DNA of 64,000 nt from Callorhinchus milii (Eukaryota). Of the stretch, positions 60,797-64,000 are shown one piece after another. The notes beneath the pieces are model-generated. The model did not search any database and had not been told where the DNA came from. It worked only from the letters and a program-made list of their open reading frames with translations. Every line of letters starts with the position of its first letter. The first letter of the stretch is position 1. A program made the position numbers and the translations under genes. Location of the stretch: NCBI RefSeq assembly GCF_018977255.1, contig NW_024704760.1:310001-374000 (forward strand), in the 5' to 3' direction.

Positions 60797-61300
60797 CTAG
60801 ATCTCTATTTTCTTCTTGGAGAGGAAAGCGTTGTTAATTTGGTGCATGACCACTAGGGCGGGCACGAGGGGCAGCATCACACACAGGTACCACAGAACAC
60901 CACCAATCTGAGCCTGGAACCAGTTCGAGCACATCCCTGAGATCACCGTAGCTGTAGCCATGAGGTAAGCCACCAACCCACAAGTGGCGTGGTAAAGCCT
61001 CAAACGCGTCACTGAGTAGGTGTTGATCAACTGTGGGAACAGGAGCAGAATTCCACATGCCATCTGCCCACACACAGCCACCATCGTCCCCACTCCCAGC
61101 AGGCTGTGCCACGAGGTCAGGTGAGGCAGCTCAGAGACGTTCTTGCTGGCAAAGATAAAGACCAGGCCGGTGGAGGAGGCCAGAGTGGCCAGAACCTGCA
61201 GGATCCAGTGGATCCGCACCTTGGCTTTGAAGGAGCAAAGGAAGAAAGGGGAGCTGTCTGGAGAGAAGATGAGGATGGCCTCTGTCACACAGAAGCAGAA
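60797..61300 (-). CDS. CYB561D1: CYB561D1 exon 3 (last coding exon)
   Basis: ttttttccag|TTC acceptor. FCFCVTEAILIFSP..RIHW..ELPHLTSWHS..RLRLYHATCGLVAYL..WFQAQI..KKIEI*, with three of the four heme-ligating His. Confidence 0.95.
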   Translation of the reverse strand, partial: FCFCVTEAILIFSPDSSPFFLCSFKAKVRIHWILQVLATLASSTGLVFIFASKNVSELPHLTSWHSLLGVGTMVAVCGQMACGILLLFPQLINTYSVTRLRLYHATCGLVAYLMATATVISGMCSNWFQAQIGGVLWYLCVMLPLVPALVVMHQINNAFLSKKKIEI

Positions 61301-61958
61301 CTGGAAAAAACAGAACACACGCGGGCAATGTTAGGGTAATGCCATTGTTTTACCGTCTGTTCTCTCCTGCCCCTTCCTCTCCTGAACCTCAGGGTCTGCA
61401 ACCAAGCCTGTTTCTGTCCTCACTGCACACCTGTGGGCAATCATTTTTAGTAAGGTGGCGGGGGAGGGTGTTCGAGGATGAGAGCACACCCCAATCCTGT
61501 ACAATTGTCTTGCGCCTGGTGCTATCCCACCTCCCTCAGAGCTGATTGGGAGTTAAGCCCCAGCGCCCATCCAGGTGTGTACGGCTCCACTGCTCACTAT
61601 ATATATTAAAAATAAACAATTGCAGAACCTGACTTTAATACTGTAGAAAGTAAACCTGAAAGAAATATTTTCAAAGCAAATCTACGACTGCTCTTAGAAA
61701 GCGAATCCTCGTCTGAAACATCACCGTCCTGTGAGTGTTGCACATAGCCAGAGGTAATTGTTGTTTAAAATGTCAGTCACCACCTCACTTAATACATCAG
61801 TGAAACCAAACTAAATGGATCTACTCAACCATGCACAATAAACACAACCGCAAACCGAGACTTTGCAGAGTCTCACAGTGAAATTAAGCTCAGTGATGTT
61901 CGCGAAGTTAGTTGAATATCAGTGGAGTTAGGTGAACAGGAGTTGAATATCAGTTAGT

Positions 61959-62288
61959 GGAGTCCTGTAGCTCAGTGGTTAGAGCACTCGCTTTGCAAGT
62001 GAGAGACCTGAGTTCAATCCCCGGGGGGTCAGTCAGGGCCAAACCTCGGGCAAGTTTCCTTACTCCACACAGAGCCTAATAATAATCCTCCAAAACCCAA
62101 CAACAATAATAAATTGGTCATTTTCAATCCATATGACTGTTTGTGGGTCATTGCTGTGCGCAATTGGCTGCCGCGTTCGCCCACAAATATACAGTCAATT
62201 CACTTTACAGTGTGTTCTGTGAAGCGCTTTGGGACGTCCTCTCGACGTGAAAAGCGCTAAATCAAATGCAAGATTATTATTATTATTA
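61959..62288 (+). mobile_element. Full-length young tRNA-head SINE (subfamily B) in CYB561D1 intron 2, antisense to the gene
   Basis: Same family, with the TTTGCAAGTGAG head variant. Tail ends ~65 bp from the exon 2 donor. Confidence 0.9.
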
Positions 62289-62353
62289 ATATCTAATGCA
62301 TGAACCTTAACTTGTGCGAGTGATTTCTAGTTGAAATTTTTAGAAACACTTAC

Positions 62354-62391
62354 TCCAAAGGTCATGCAGGCGGGATGCCAGGAGAAGAGAC
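62354..62391 (-). CDS. CYB561D1: CYB561D1 exon 2 (38-bp micro-exon)
   Basis: ttttcag|GT CTC TTC TCC TGG CAT CCC GCC TGC ATG ACC TTT GGA|gtaagt = (S)LFSWHPACMTFG, carrying the first heme His. Phases 1/0 match the neighbouring exons. Confidence 0.93.
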
Positions 62392-62459
62392 CTGAAAAAC
62401 AAAACCAGACATTCAAACAATCTGAGGAGCGACACTCGTACTGTACATCACAAAGATAT

Positions 62460-63140
62460 GGTGTATAAGTGTAGCGTCTGTGTGTATATGTTATATACAA
62501 TGTCTGTGAGTATTACAGTTAATATGTATATATGATGTATATAGTGTATTTATTATGTACGATACGTGTATATATGTGTGGTATACAGTGTGTGTTTATA
62601 CCTATATTATATAGTGTATTGTGTGTGAGTATATACAGTGTACAAATTATATACCTTGTGTGTGTGTAATATACAGTATATAGTAGTAGTAATGTCAGTA
62701 TGTACATACAGTGTGGTATACATACAGTATATTGTTGGCGTATACATTGTACAGTGTGTACACAGTGTGTACATAGTGCTGTGTATATAGTGTGTACATT
62801 GTGCTGTGTATTATATACTGTATTATATATTGCTGTAATGTGCTGTATATACTGCATTAAATACTCACTGGAGCCGCGCCTCTACCCTATACTATACACT
62901 GTATTACACACTATTACACACTGTATTACACACTATTACACACTATATTACACACTGTATTAGACACTGTATTACACACTATATTACACACTATTACACA
63001 CTATATTAGATACTGTATTACACACTATTACACACTGTATTACACACTGTATTAGACACTATTACACACTGTATTACACACTGTATTAGACACTGTATTA
63101 CACACTATTACACACTGTACGGCACTGTACGGCACTGCCA
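62460..63140. repeat. AT-rich low-complexity / (acactgtatt, acactatt)n repeats in CYB561D1 intron 1
   Basis: Visible; the most regular part is ~62890-63120. Confidence 0.85.
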
Positions 63141-63149
63141 CACACTCAC

Positions 63150-63312
63150 TGGACCCGGGTCTGCCGAGCGCTGCGCCGCCGAGGCTGAGGCCGAAGCCGC
63201 TGAGATGCGCCGCCGCTGCCGCCGCCCTGCGCAGCCACAGCTCCAGACCGCAGCGCCGCGACCCCGAGTTCCTGGCGGCGTAGGGCCCGGGCAGCCGCTG
63301 AGGGCTCCTCAT
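63150..63312 (-). CDS. CYB561D1: CYB561D1 exon 1 (spliced CDS 705 nt, 234 aa)
   Basis: ATG at 63312. MRSPQ...LWLRRAAAAAAHLSGFGLSLGGAALGRPGS, then A|gtgagt. The WLRR...AHL...RPGxS pattern is typical of CYB561D1. Confidence 0.9.
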
Positions 63313-63382
63313 CCTCCCTCACTCCCGGCGGCAGCTCCAGGAAAGTGCCAGGCTTCAAGCCCCGGGTAGGCCGCGCGTCTGA

Positions 63383-63460
63383 CCCGCCCCGGAAGTGCGT
63401 AGGGGAGCCAGCGTGACTGACAGGCCGAGCAGCCAATGGGAGAGGCATTCTGTCACGTGG
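63383..63460 (-). promoter_or_regulatory. CYB561D1 CpG-island promoter motifs
   Basis: GC box cccgccc at 63383-63389, ETS CCGGAAGTG at 63389-63397, CCAAT at 63433-63437 and E-box GTCACGTG at 63452-63459, clustered within 150 bp of the ATG. Confidence 0.65.
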
Positions 63461-63461
63461 G

Positions 63462-63981
63462 GTGTGACATGGGACAGGTGTGACATTGGGACAGGTGTGA
63501 CGTGGGGACAGGTGTGACATAGGGACAGGTGTGACATGGGCACAGGTGTGACATAGGCACAGGTGTGACATAGGGACAGGTGTGACATGGGACAGGTGTG
63601 ACATGGGCACAGGTGTGACATGGGCACAGGTGTGACATAGGGACAGGTGTGACATGGGCACAGGTGTGACATAGGCACAGGTGTGACATAGGGACAGGTG
63701 TGACATGGGCACAGGTGTGACATGGCACAGGTGTGACATAGGGACAGGTGTGACATGGGACAGGTGTGACATGGGACAGGTGTGACATGGCACAGGTGTG
63801 ACATGGGACAGGTGTGACATGGGACAGGTGTGACATGGCACAGGTGTGACATGGCACAGGTGTGACATGGCACAGGTGTGACATGGCACAGGTGTGACAT
63901 GGCACAGGTGTGACATGGGCACAGGTGTGACATGGGCACAGGTGTGACATGGGCACAGGTGTGACATGGGCACAGGTGTGA
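63462..63981. repeat. 15-17-bp tandem repeat (caggtgtgacatgggca)n
   Basis: About 30 units directly upstream of the CYB561D1 promoter. Confidence 0.95.
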
Positions 63982-64000
63982 GGTGGCGATAACCCTGTGA

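Noticed and set aside
63146-63973. 275-aa His/Cys-rich 'metal-binding' ORF
   Set aside because: Translation of the 15-17-bp tandem repeat. All three minus frames are similarly open, and the ORF overlaps CYB561D1 exon 1 out of frame.

Overview
Vertebrate genomic DNA, most likely a cartilaginous fish (holocephalan/shark-type). This is inferred from the Deu-domain tRNA-SINEs, L2/CR1 LINE remnants and a shark-type ~54-bp minisatellite; nothing here is prokaryotic. Five protein-coding genes are supported. (1) WNT2B on the minus strand: 5 coding exons at 7718-7537, 4201-3981, 2834-2557, 1134-870 and 122-<1, running off the left edge. (2) An intronless trypsin-fold (S1A) protein on the plus strand (25532-26626), with a signal peptide and GPI-type tail, resembling the testis PRSS55/52/54 group, but with GDSGGP rewritten as INTGGP and its activation machinery lost. 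(3) GPR61, minus strand, 30258-28918. (4) AMIGO1, plus strand, 49595-51061. (5) CYB561D1, minus strand, 3 exons, 63312-60797. GPR61-AMIGO1-CYB561D1 keep the human 1p13.3 order and orientation. Where human has GNAI3 next to GPR61, this genome has the protease-like gene followed by WNT2B. The strongest novelty candidate is the intronless GPI-type pseudo-/Thr-protease. Secondary observations: a convergent CTCF motif pair around AMIGO1, a uAUG-rich GPR61 leader, a T-box-site tandem array at the CYB561D1 promoter, and SINE subfamily structure. All homology calls come from recalled family motifs, not from searches.
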